Positions 52,571 to 64,000 of a stretch of 64,000 nt of DNA are shown piece by piece. Below the pieces are notes generated by a model. That model ran no database searches. It was not told the DNA's origin and saw only the letters and a program-made list of their open reading frames with translations. The position numbers were made by a program, and so were the translations under genes. Each line of letters starts with the position of its first letter. The stretch's first letter is position 1. The stretch is from Octopus sinensis (taxonomy: Eukaryota): NCBI RefSeq assembly GCF_006345805.1, contig NC_043020.1:1860001-1924000 (forward strand), given 5' to 3'.

Positions 52571-53494
52571 TTTATGTATTTATTTTTTATTTCATTTCCA
52601 TTATTTATCTAATTTTCTGTTTTATCTGATAATTTTTTATTCTTGGCTATCTTTTTCTCTATCGCAAGAAGTCTTCAATATCTTGTCGATTTTGCGTTGA
52701 AGAAATTATACTTCCTTCGTGTGTGGTGACAATAAACGGAGTAGTAGTAGTAGTAGTAGTAAGTAGTAGTAGTAGTAGTAGTAGTAGTAACAGCAACAAT
52801 TGTTGTTGTTGTAGCAACAACAGCAGCAGCAGTAAAATCAGCAACAAATTAGTACCAGTGGGCATAGTGGTAGTGGGGGTGGACGCAGTGGAACTTGTCG
52901 TGGTGATGATGATAGTGGTGGCTAGGTTATGATAATACTATTAGTGCTGCTTGTGGTAGTAGCTGTGGTGGACGATGGTGGTAGTGGTAGTAGTTTTAGA
53001 GGAGACGACGGTGGCAGGGGTAGTGAATGGTAGTGGTGTTAGTAGTAGTAGTAGCAGTAGTAGTAGTAGTAGTAGTAGTAGTGTAGTAGTAGTAGTAGTA
53101 GTAATTGTTGTAGCGATGATGGTGGAGGATGGTGTCGGTTTTCATGGTGGGCGTGGTGGATGTAGAGGTAATAGAGTTAGTATTAGTAATAATAGTAATA
53201 GACACACTCTGAGTGGCACGGGTTGACATTTGATAATAATATCGAGATGGGTGCTTCCTGGTGTATAGTTGTTTAAGCCTACCTCGGCTTCTAGCCAACG
53301 GACCCAGGATCAAAATTGCTCCAGTTATGTTCGATGGTATTTGAAACCGTACACTAACGGTTCGATGACATAGTTTTTAAACGGGGAATTTTTATAACTA
53401 CACTATTGAAAGAATATGCGTACATACATACATAAATACATACATATATAATATATATATATATATAAATGCAAGAAATGCTGTAAAATGTGAC

Positions 53495-54290
53495 AACCGA
53501 TGCAGTCTTTGTGGAGTTCACACTGAAGATATCACCTATGTCATAAGCAGTTGTCTGAAAATGTCATTACGCGATTATTTACCGATGAGACGTTGTAGCA
53601 AGGACACTCTATAATGAAATTCAACCGAAGGATAATCCCGAGGACAAAAAAATAAAAACCCACAATATGTAGAAGCCATGGCCACTCATAATGAAAAGGA
53701 ATACTGGTGGAATGTACGAGTCAAGACTTCAATAAAATATAAACACAACAGACCTGATATAATGATTTGGGATAAAGAAGAGAAACTGTGCACAATTGTG
53801 GACATCAGCTGCCCAGTGGATGTTAGCATAAAGCTGAAGATCAGTGAAAAAGGGAACACCTATGCTGAACTATTGAGAAATCTGCAGTTACTCTATCCAG
53901 ATTACAAGTTCACATTTATACCTGTAATTATTGAGGTCCTGGGACATGTAACACATTGTCTAAATACCAATCTTGAGAAATTAGGCTTCTCAAAACCAGA
54001 AAGGAGAAAACTGACTCGAAGACTACAGATCCAGTCCATCACTGGAAATGTAAAAATCTGCAAAACATTCCCGAAGTTTATCATTTGAATATATATGACC
54101 ATGTCTAGATATGTAACTACATGCATGAGAATACATACAAAAAGCATACAAATCTGCACATACAAACATGCATACATACAAATTGCCCTGTTGTTGATGT
54201 TGAAATTGCAATGAAGGAACCTTGGATCTAGATTAGAAACCGGTTCTTTCTCTATTGGCAAGAAATCTTGAAATAAACTAAATGACATAA
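53495..54290 (+). mobile_element. R4/Dong-clade LINE, 5'-truncated: CCHC knuckle, restriction-like endonuclease domain and 3'UTR
   Basis: DNRCSLCGVHTEDITYVISSC, then an open frame at 53678-54088: EYWWNVRVKTSIKYKHNRPDIMIWDKEEKLCTIVDISCP...YAELLRNL...FIPVIIEVLG. RPD...D is the restriction-like endonuclease signature. Confidence 0.88.
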
Positions 54291-55333
54291 ATACATACAA
54301 TGGCTTTTGTTCGTTTCATTATGTTTTGCTCAGTCTGGGGCTATAGACAATTACACAAGGTTTCACCACACAGAGGGGCTGAATCCAGGACCACGTGGTT
54401 CGGAAACAAGCTGCTTCATTACTCAGAGGCGCCGGCACCTATATACTTCAACTATGGGAGATTTAACTGCTATTTCTAGTCGGGTAACCGTTCACGTGTT
54501 GACATTTCCATCGGCAACCTAAAGCTGTACTTTGTTTCGGGTAGATCGCATCCGCATATTCTATATTGTGCAAACGTACATGTACACAAACTCAATTTAA
54601 TTTTTAACATTTTTTTTGGTGGGGAGATCATTCATAATTCAAAGACAACCAGAAGCTTGGTTCCAATTGATAAATTGTTGCATTCTTGTATTAACAGTCG
54701 AAAAATGATTTAGATTAAACATTTCTTTCTTAATCAAATTTATCTAATTCGAAAATAGTAATTTTTACAATAATTAATGAATTATTTTGCTATGGCATCG
54801 GCAATATCAAATATCTTTAAATAATTGATTTTTTAGAATCATATATTTGCATTAACATATTAATGTAATTAAGAACATCAATAATTAAGAATATTAATAG
54901 CATTAACTTGGTGTATCAGCTTGTATCAACTATCTTTAGGCGTTATGTGTAAATTAATTTTAATTTCAAAGTAACCCGAGGCCTAAACCTGCTTCGTCTA
55001 TTCTTTCTGTTCTGTATCAGTGACCTTGTTACATTCTATTATATTCCATTTTCTAACGCTTCCTGCATCTAGAGAACAATTTAGCCATGATTATAAGCAT
55101 GTAGAATTGCATTAGGCACAAGAATTGCTGTGTGGTTAAGGATTTTGCTTTGCAAATCAGCACGGCTCTGTGTTCGATCTCAATGTACGGCTCTTCAAGA
55201 AAAAAATATTTTAATGAATGATTTTGGGGATAAATACTCAGATATTCCTGCTGCATGGAAGCTTAGAAAAGCGAGCACTTGAAACCTGATATTCGGTTTA
55301 GGTTTGCATTTTGGGGATACCTTCTTATGAGTG

Positions 55334-55404
55334 GGTACGTTGGTGTAATGGTAGCACGCTTATCGCGAATATATACAGGTTTGGGTTCGAATCACATGCG
55401 TACG
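55334..55404 (+). pseudogene. tRNA-like sequence (pseudogene or SINE head), not a functional tRNA
   Basis: D stem GTGT/GCAC, A box TGGTGTAATGGT, B box GGTTCGAATC and a 6-bp acceptor stem are present. The anticodon stem does not pair and the T stem is mismatched. Confidence 0.55.
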
Positions 55405-55506
55405 GAAAACCCACTCATTCCGTCGAGGGCTTATATGCCCCAGTATTAGACTATTGTTAATACACTGTGATCGCCTATAAGCTTTAAGCTTATAAAATAT
55501 AATTAT

Positions 55507-55653
55507 GGAAGCGCATAGCTCAGTGGTTAGGGTAGTGGACTCATGATCGTAAGATTGTGGTTTCGATTCCTGGACCGAGCAATACGTTGTGTTCTTGAGC
55601 AAAACACTTCATTTCACGTTGCACAAGTCCACTCACCTGACAAAAATGAGTAA
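55507..55653 (+). mobile_element. SINE family D-like 5' half (tRNA head and core)
   Basis: TAGCTCAGTGGTTAGGG, GGTTTCGATTCC, and TTGTGTTCTTGAGCAAAACACTT...CAAAAATGAGTA, as at 21319. Confidence 0.78.
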
Positions 55654-55679
55654 TAAGTAAGCCTGCACGCATGTTTGCA

Positions 55680-56060
55680 CGTTCAGCTTTATTTCAAGAT
55701 GGCTTACCAATAGAGAAAGGGACGGTTTCTAAACTAGGTACAAGACTCCTTCTTTAGACTTTCAACATTAACAACAGGGTTTGTATGTATGTATATGTGC
55801 GGATTTGTATGTTTTGCTTTATGTATGTATTCTTATGCATATAGTTGCATATCTAGACATGCTCGTATATATTTAAGTGATAAACTTCTGAAATGATAAA
55901 TTGCATCTGTAGTTTTAGAATTAGCTTTCCCCTTTCTGGTTTTGAAAAGACTAACTTCTCAAAATTGGTATTTTGGTAGTGTGTTACATATCCCAAGGCC
56001 CCAATTATTACAGGTATGAACCTGAACTTGTAATCTAGATAGAGTAACTTCAGACCTAAA
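55680..56060 (-). mobile_element. R4/Dong-like LINE 3' fragment
   Basis: Minus-strand LYLDYKFRFIPVIIGALGYVTHY.NTNFEKLVFSKPER plus the shared 3'UTR. Confidence 0.85.
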
Positions 56061-56596
56061 TAACCTAGCAAGCGGTGTCTTCAATGACAACGGTTGGCCG
56101 GAATAACGTTTGAAGTTGTGAAGGAGGGCAACACCAAACGGACTGTCTACGAAGTGACCACTCAACGCTAATTTGAGTTAACTGCAGTTTCTTACAATTA
56201 CTTGATACTCCTCCCTATCGCATTCTGCGAGTGCAGCAGAGGATAGAAGAAAAGACAGGTGGGCTACTCATCATTGACATTTTCTCCTGCTAACCTTTAA
56301 CATTCTATTCTTATTTCATTTCATTGAAAACTACGACATCAATTGAATAAGGACGATAGAAACTGTATTTTGACCAATCTACATGTGTGGAATTGGTAAG
56401 CGCGCACCAACTAAGTTCAAACTGTAATTCGAATAATCAGCTTATGGCTTAGACGTCATGGTTTGGTGACCACGTTACGCATTCTTTATTTTGACCGCAC
56501 CCAAAGGAATAATTGTCTGGCTATATTTTGGAATGTTGGTCAAAATATAGTTCGTAAGATTCAGCCTGCTGGAGCCTAAAGTTGTTTTCTTTTAAT

Positions 56597-56996
56597 TCTT
56601 TAATTCTTTTGTTTGTTTCAGTCATTTGACTACGGCCATGCTGGAGCACCGCCTTTAGTCGAGCAAATAGACCCTAGGACTTACACTTTGTAAGCCTAGT
56701 ACTTATTCTATCGCTCTATCTTGCCGAACCGCTATGTGACGGGGACTCAAACACACCAGCATCAGTTGTCAAGCGATGTTGGGGGACAAACGCAGACACA
56801 AAAACATATACATATATATATATACATACATATATATATATCGACGGGCTTCTTTCAGTTTCCGTCTATCCACTCATAAGGTTTTGGTCGGCCTGAGGCT
56901 ATAGAAGACACTTGCCCAAGGTGCCATACAGTGGGACTGAACCCGGAACCATGTGGTTGGTAAGCAAGCTACTTATGACATAGCCATTCCTGCGCC
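56597..56996 (-). mobile_element. SINE family B
   Basis: Family head, body and tail. Confidence 0.9.
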
Positions 56997-57199
56997 TATG
57001 GAAGATATTTGACGGATAAATCCATGCATTTCGCCACAGTTGTCAATTGTGGAACACGATTGCCATTATATAAACCTGATGTTTGCGTAATGCATGAAAG
57101 TACTAGTTTATTTTAGTATTTCAAAATTGTAAAAATTGCAAATAATAAAGCGTGAAAATCAGACTAATTTGGAATTGAATTGATTAATATATGTGTGTC

Positions 57200-57430
57200 T
57201 TTATGTGTGTGTGCGTGTGCGCGTGTGTGAGTTGGGTGTTTTTGTATTTGTGTTTATCCCCACCACCGCTTGACAACCGGTGTTAGTGTATTTACGTCCC
57301 GTAACCTAGCAATTCGGCAATACAAACAAATAGAATAAGTACTAAGCTTTAAAAAAGAACTGGGGTCGACTCATCCGTCTAAAAGATCTTCATGACGGTG
57401 CCCTAGTATGGTCGCTGTTTAATGGCTGAA
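57200..57430 (+). mobile_element. SINE family B, degraded 3' half
   Basis: CGCTTGACAACCGGTGTTAGTGTATTTACGTCCCGTAAC...TAGAATAAGTACT...GGGGTCGA. Confidence 0.72.
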
Positions 57431-57507
57431 AAAAGTATAAAGGTATAAATAATGCTTATAGTTATCCTTTTTGGCACTTCGTTTGTTTGTTTCTGTGTGT
57501 GGTGTGC

Positions 57508-57543
<36 letters not shown>

Positions 57544-57567
57544 GTAGTTCTGTATGTCTTTCAACGT

Positions 57568-57955
57568 GGAGACGCAATGGCCCAGTGGTTAGGGCAGAGG
57601 ATTCGCGGTCATAGGATCGCGGTTTCGATTCCCAGACCGGGCGTTGTGAGTGTTTATTGAGCGAAAACACCTAAACAAAAGCTCCACGAGGCTCCGGCAG
57701 GGGATGGTGGTGATCCCTGCTGTACTCTTTCACCACAACTTTCTCTTACTCTTACTTCCTGTTTCTGTTGTACCTGTATTTCAAAGGGCCGGCCTTGTCA
57801 CTCTCTGTGTCACGCTGAATATCACCGAGAACGACGTTAAGGGTACACGTGTCTGTGGAGTGCTCAGCCACTTACACGTTAATTTCAAGGGCAGGCTGTT
57901 CCGTTGATTCGGATCAACCGGAACCCTCGTCGTCGTAACCGACGGAGTGCTTCCA
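57568..57955 (+). mobile_element. tRNA-derived SINE family C, full length with 14-bp TSD
   Basis: Highly similar to 2426-2806. ATGTCTTTCAAC(G/A)T is duplicated at 57554-57567 and 57959-57972. Confidence 0.93.
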
Positions 57956-58953
57956 TCCATGTCTTTCAACATACAGACAACGCAACACAGACTTCACACA
58001 GACTCGAACTTTGAGCAATTCATGAAAGTACGTGCACGACTAGCAAATATTTTTTTTACCGGCAGCGTAGCGATGGGTTGCGACTTCGTTGATAACAAAA
58101 ACGAACGACATTGCAAAAATACCGCTTTCGTTGTCATAAAATCAGAAGCACCGATGCAAGTCAGCAATTACATTCAGAAATTTAGAAAACAAACCAGGCG
58201 AGATGTTTACTGCAGAATAAACAAACCATTATTTACAAGGCTGAAACCCAATTTCTGCTGTATACCTGTCCGTTGGTCAGGTGTGCCAACAACAACAACA
58301 ACAACAACAACGACGACGACGAAGGAGAAATCCGGAAACTCATTGAACAGATTCACTAGAGAGGGAATGCTGACTTAATTTCATATCAATGGGGAAAAAA
58401 AATACTCGAAAAACCGGTTATTAGAAGTTTGGATGAGTAAAGGCTTTACTATCGTAATGTAGTTACATAATCATTCCCATAGTAAATACTTCTTCGACAA
58501 ACACATCTATTCAAAGTTCCAGGTTTGCGCCTAACTAAATTTCAATTGTCTGCTGTACGGCAAACTGCGTATTGCGTTGTGGGATTTCAATCGCTCCAAC
58601 AAACATTGAACTTTCGAATAACCTGTCTTAGTAAATAAAGCTAAAAAACCGAAACTTTAAGCCAAATATTGAATTAGCATGCTTCAGTTATTACAGGGGC
58701 AAATCTCCTGAGCGCTTTGTTTCCAATTCCTCGGTGCTTATCCTGTAAGTGTGCGTTTTAAAATTCGATTTTTATATTCTTCTGCAGGTTTACATGAAAA
58801 TTTTCATCAATAAATTTCTCAACTTTATATACTAAAATTATACACCGCCTCAACACTCACAAAGCATTGGTGGGTGCGTGGTTTTATTAGAAGTGGCCTT
58901 GCGTGCCGAACTATCTTTAAAGTGGAAGGGTGCATCATAGAATTCATTATATA

Positions 58954-59345
58954 GGCGCAGGAGTAGCTGTGTGGTAAGTAGCTTGTTTACCAACCACATG
59001 GTTCCGGGTTCAGTCCCACTGCGTGGCACCTTGGGCAAGTGTCTTCTACTATAGCCTCGGACCGACCAAAGCCTTGTGAGTGAATTCGGTAGACGGAAAC
59101 TGAAAGAAGCCCGTCGTATATATATATATATGCATGTGTGTGTTTGTGTGTCTGTGTTTGTCCCCCTAGCATTGCTTGACAACCGATGCTGGTGTGTTAT
59201 GTCCCCGTTACTTAGCGGTTCGGCAAAAGACTCCGATATAATAAGTACTGGGCTTACAAAAGAATAAGTACCGGGGTCGAGTTGCTCGATTAAAGGTGGG
59301 GCTCCAGCATGGCCGCGGTCAGATGACTGAAACAAGTAAAAGAGA
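58954..59345 (+). mobile_element. SINE family B, full length
   Basis: GGCGCAGGAGTAGCTGTGTGGTAAG...GGTTCAGTCCC head through the AAACAAGTAAAAGAG tail. Confidence 0.92.
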
Positions 59346-59436
59346 TATGATATACAAATAAACAAATAAATAAATGAATAAACAAGAAATGCAGATGTTA
59401 TGATCGCGAACCAGTAATACATTGGGGTCACAGTGG

Positions 59437-60135
59437 CGGCAAGCTGGCAGTATCGTTAGCACGCGGGGCAAAATTCTTAGTGGAATTTCGTTCATCTTTA
59501 CGTTCTGAGTTCAAATTCCATCGAAGTCTACTTTGCCTTCCTTCTTTTCGGAGTCGATAAAATTAGTACCACTTGAGTACTGGGGTCGATGTTATCAACT
59601 TATCCCCTCTTCTGAAATTGCTGACTTTGTGCCAAAATTTGGAACCAATACAATGTGGCTTAGTGAGGTGGCGAGCCGACCAAGACGCTCTGCAGCATTT
59701 CGTTTGTATTTACGCTCTGAGTTCAAAGTCCACCGAGGTCGACTTTGCTTTTCATCATTTCAGGTTTGATAAAATAATACCAGTTAAGAACTGGGGTTAA
59801 TAGAATGTTATGTCGCAATATTACACTGTGGCTGTGTTGCAACGAAATCCTCGACGCACGTTTGGTTGCCTTCTACTCAACTCGACTCTACTTTACTACT
59901 CTGCTCTCTACTTTCCTCAGCTGTTCTCTGACGACGTCTAGACTTCTCCCTCTTTATCTATGTATTGGGCTAAGCCTACTTCATCGTCTGGGGGCGTCCA
60001 CACAACATAGAATAAATACCATTTGAGCACTAGGGTCGATAAAATAAGTACCAGTAGAGCACTAGGGTCGATGTAATCACCTTGTCCCCTCCCTCGGAAT
60101 TGCTGGCTATCTACCAAAATTCGAAGCCAGTATAA
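59437..60135 (+). mobile_element. Cluster of degraded SINE family A copies (about 59437-59650, 59660-59800, 60025-60135)
   Basis: Repeated GAGTTCAAA B box and GGGTCGATAAAAT.AGTACCA core remnants. Confidence 0.75.
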
Positions 60136-60656
60136 TGCGGCTGACTAAATCAACAAGAGATTCGTTGTAGGAAATTTCGTATCAGTTTTAGTTAAGGATA
60201 ATTAACTTCCTAGGTTTATATTTTACTAGTTTGTATTGTATTTACTATTTTTCCTTTCAACGATCAATTTCAATTAATTTTGTCTTTGCTTTATAAATTT
60301 CACAATTTATTGAACACTTAGAACGACCGCATCATTATCCAATACTCTCGCTCTCTCTCTCTCCCCTTTCTCTCCAGCTCTGTCTCACCCTAACTCTCCT
60401 TCTGCTTCGCTCTTATTCGTAATTGACTAAATTATTTATTCTCGTTGTTACCTGGGCGTTCATAAAATGTTGATGTTGATGCTGTTCTTGTAATCATTCA
60501 TTCTCTAATTATCAAAAGCCAGCCAAACTGATCCACTCAATCGCTATCATGTTACACAAGCCGTCCTGCTTGTATTTGTCTAGGCAGCTTTCTTATACAC
60601 ACACAGAGACACACATACACACACACACAGATAGGCATATATATATATATATATAT

Positions 60657-60846
60657 GGAGTGGCTGTGTGGTAAGTAGCTTGTTTACCAACCACATGGTT
60701 CCGGGTTCAGTCCCACTGCGTGGCACGTTGGGCAAGTGTCTTCTACTATAGCCTCGGGCCGACCAAAGCCTTGTGAGTGGATTTGGTGGACGAAAACTGA
60801 AAGATGCCCATCGTGTATATGTATATATATATATATAATATATATA

Positions 60847-60886
<40 letters not shown>

Positions 60887-61038
60887 GTATTCGGTGTTCG
60901 ACCGAGCAGTAGAATTAATTAATTATTAATTAATTCATTCTACTCTTTTTTATTAATTAATAATTAATTAATTCTACCCTTTTTTATTGACAATATTAAT
61001 AATTAATAATTAATTAATTCTACCCTTTTTTATTGACA

Positions 61039-61073
<35 letters not shown>

Positions 61074-61301
61074 ATATATGTGCTTGTGTGTGTTTGTGTG
61101 TCTGTGTTTGTCCCCCTAGCATTGCTTGACAACCGATGCTGGTGTGTTTATGTCCCTGTTACTTAGCGGTTCGGCAAAAGACACGGATAGAATAAGTACT
61201 GGGCTTACAAAAGAATAAGTCCCGGGATCGAGTTGCTCGATTAAAGGTGGTGCTCCAGCATGGCCGCAGTCAAATGACTGAAACAAGTAAAAGAGTAAAG
61301 A

Positions 61302-61302
<1 letters not shown>
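60657..61302 (+). mobile_element. SINE family B carrying an AT-rich insertion of about 155 bp in its internal (TA)n
   Basis: The head (60657-60820) and tail (61080-61302) are normal. The insert at 60885-61040 contains hairpins and a 39-bp duplication. Confidence 0.9.
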
Positions 61303-61370
<68 letters not shown>

Positions 61371-61610
61371 TATAGCTGTTACGATTGGTGAAAAAACTGG
61401 GGCTAAAGATGATGAGAAGTAGGATGAACTGTGAAGGAAGCTCGTGTACATGAGATAATCTATGATAAGTACATTTATAAACGTACATACATGTACAGAT
61501 GTTTATGTCCATGTTTGTATATATGTGTGTGTGCGTGAGAGAGAGAGAGAGAGAAAGAGAGAAAGAGAGAGAGAGGAAGAGAGAGAGAGAAAAAGAGAGA
61601 GTTTGGAGGG

Positions 61611-61675
61611 ATATATAATCCGGAGAGATATATAATCCGGAGAGATATATAATCCGGAGAGATATATAATCCGGA
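61611..61675. repeat. 17-bp tandem repeat, about 3.8 units (ATATATAATCCGGAGAG)
   Basis: Directly visible. Confidence 0.95.
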
Positions 61676-61859
61676 CGGATACCGTATCAGCTCTCAATAA
61701 AGTTCCAGTTAACGGCTAACCTCTTCCATCTGCAGTTAGTCTGTGGCTACTATTCTTCGGATTCCTCCCAGCGAAGTGTTCACGGAATCCGGCTATTCTT
61801 CGCCGGACGGTAAAAATTATCTGGAGTATATATTATCAATGATAAAGAGTATGGACATA

Positions 61860-61876
61860 ATGATTACGATGATGAC

Positions 61877-61940
<64 letters not shown>

Positions 61941-62110
61941 GTGGTGGTGATAATGGTAATGACGATGATGATGATGATGATGATGATGGTGATGATGATA
62001 GTGATGACGATGACGATGATGATCATGACAATGATGATGATGAGGAGGAGGACGATGATGATGACGACGATGACGACGACGACGACGATGATGATGATGA
62101 TGATGAGTGA
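61860..62110. repeat. (GAT)n microsatellite
   Basis: Directly visible. Confidence 0.96.
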
Positions 62111-62532
62111 TGAGGAATGACAAATGAGATACCTAATAAGAAAGTCATCAATCAATGGCAACTCTGATTTAGTTTCGTGGCTCCGACGAAGAGACTCCCG
62201 GAAACACCACTCCGGCGGCGGCAGCGGCGGCGGCAGCTTCAACAGCGACAAGGGTGGGCGTTGCTTCTGCAATTTAACTGCGTGATTTCGTTTTAATTAA
62301 TTTATTATTAACAATCAAAACACGCGAATAAACTAAAAGTACGAAAACCCGTATTGAACGACCTGACACAACTACCCTTCCACCAAGAATTTATCAGTAA
62401 TTAATTGCCGGACTAACTGCATTAATGAACACATACAAAAAAAAAATAACGTTTTAATGACAAAGCAAAATTAGCCAACACACACACACACACATACGGA
62501 TATACAGACAAATGTATGCATATATATGTATG

Positions 62533-62563
<31 letters not shown>

Positions 62564-63009
62564 AGCATAGTAAGAACAGGGTAATGCCATTAGTAGGAGA
62601 TGCTAAGAAGAGAATAAAATATTGCACCTGAATATATTAAGAGAAGTTAATTTAAAAGAAGTTGAAAACAAGCTACGAAAGGGTGAAAAGGTGGAAATAT
62701 TTTTGTCTCAGAAAAGTTTTTTTTAGCCATGTCGCCTGTGTTACGCCAGCACACTATGTACGTATGTATGTATGTATGTATGTATGTATGTATGTATGTA
62801 TGTGTGTATGTATGTATGTATGTATGTATGTATGTACGTACGTATGTGTGTATGTATGTATGTATGTATGTATGACATTATTGAGTTTGTGTGTGTGTGT
62901 GTGTGCTTATGTGTGCGGGATTGTGTCTGTATGCGTGTCTGTGTGCCCTTTGAATATATGTGAATATGCGCATAAATGTGTCTACTATATTCAACAATAG
63001 TCTTAAATT

Positions 63010-63065
63010 TACATCATCATCATCATCATTACCATCATCATCATCATCATCATCATTACCACCAC

Positions 63066-63097
<32 letters not shown>

Positions 63098-63218
63098 ACA
63101 TATTCATCATCATCATCACCATCACTTCACCTTCAGCATAATCATCGCCACCATAATCATCATCATCATCATCATCATCGCCATCATCACCACCACCATC
63201 ATCATTATTTCCATCATC

Positions 63219-63250
<32 letters not shown>

Positions 63251-63279
63251 CGTCGTCGTCGTCATCATCATCATCATCA

Positions 63280-63311
<32 letters not shown>

Positions 63312-63330
63312 ATCATCATCATCAGATTAC
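63010..63330. repeat. (CAT)n/(CGT)n microsatellite
   Basis: Directly visible. Confidence 0.96.
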
Positions 63331-63799
63331 TCATCATATACTCGACTGATATTGTACACGTGTGTTAAATTCCCCCCCCCCCACGTGACACCACACTACC
63401 CTGTCTGAAGCAATGCATTAGTTTTTTTTTTAGATTTTTTCATTTTTCCCCCTCGTTGGTACTTTACCGAAATCAAATGATCGGAGCACCCCCCACCCCC
63501 CTTGTGCCGGTGCCTCAATCGAAATTGACCTCAGCTAAACAGTAACAAAGGCAGGAACACCTACAATACTCCAATATCACCTTAGCTTAGCATCGGCATT
63601 ATTATTATTTACCATTATCTATTATCAAGAACGAACATTCTTCAATCTTCATGATTGCATCGTAGCATGAATTAACCGGCAAAAACCATTTAACTCGCGC
63701 TTTCTAATAACAAATTATAAAGTCTTTTTGCACAATTAGAAGAATAAAAAAAATAAATAAATAAATAAATAAATACTAGCAAAATGTCACGACAAAACA

Positions 63800-63854
63800 G
63801 CAACGGTAACAACAACAACAACAACAACATATAATAAAAATAATAATAATAATA

Positions 63855-63887
<33 letters not shown>

Positions 63888-64000
63888 GATGATGATGATA
63901 ATGATGATAATAATAACGATAAAAATAATAATAATGATGATGATGATAATGATGATAATAATAATGATAAAAATAATAATAATAATAATAATAATAATAA
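63800..64000. repeat. (AAC)/(AAT)/(GAT) microsatellite running to the window end
   Basis: Directly visible. Confidence 0.95.

Noticed and set aside
58745-58787. GTAAGT...TTCTTCTGCAG as a micro-intron
   Set aside because: It is only 43 nt, and I recognised no coding sequence in the flanks; probably chance or a MITE relic.

Overview
AT-rich, repeat-dominated animal DNA, with one 100-N scaffold gap at 34495-34594. The repeat families (tRNA-headed SINEs, R4/Dong-like, CR1, RTE and L1/Tx1-like LINE remnants, dense di/tri/tetranucleotide microsatellites) resemble an Octopus (coleoid cephalopod) genome; that taxon call is my pattern recognition, not a database result. I found no intact protein-coding gene, rRNA, functional tRNA or CRISPR array, so the window is probably intergenic or inside a large intron. 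Almost all ORFs in the supplied track are microsatellite translation artefacts. The recognisable protein-like sequences are decayed transposon fragments: R4/Dong-like N-terminal, CCHC and restriction-like endonuclease pieces, a CR1 ORF2 C-terminus, an RTE reverse transcriptase, an L1/Tx1-like ORF1 and an internally deleted mariner. I cannot support a claim of a new biological system. The most interesting signals concern repeat biology: a dimeric SINE that moved as one unit (two loci, each with a target-site duplication), SINEs that swap head and tail modules, a possible ORF1-only L1 derivative, palindromes carrying a hammerhead-like motif, and small-scale signatures of template switching.
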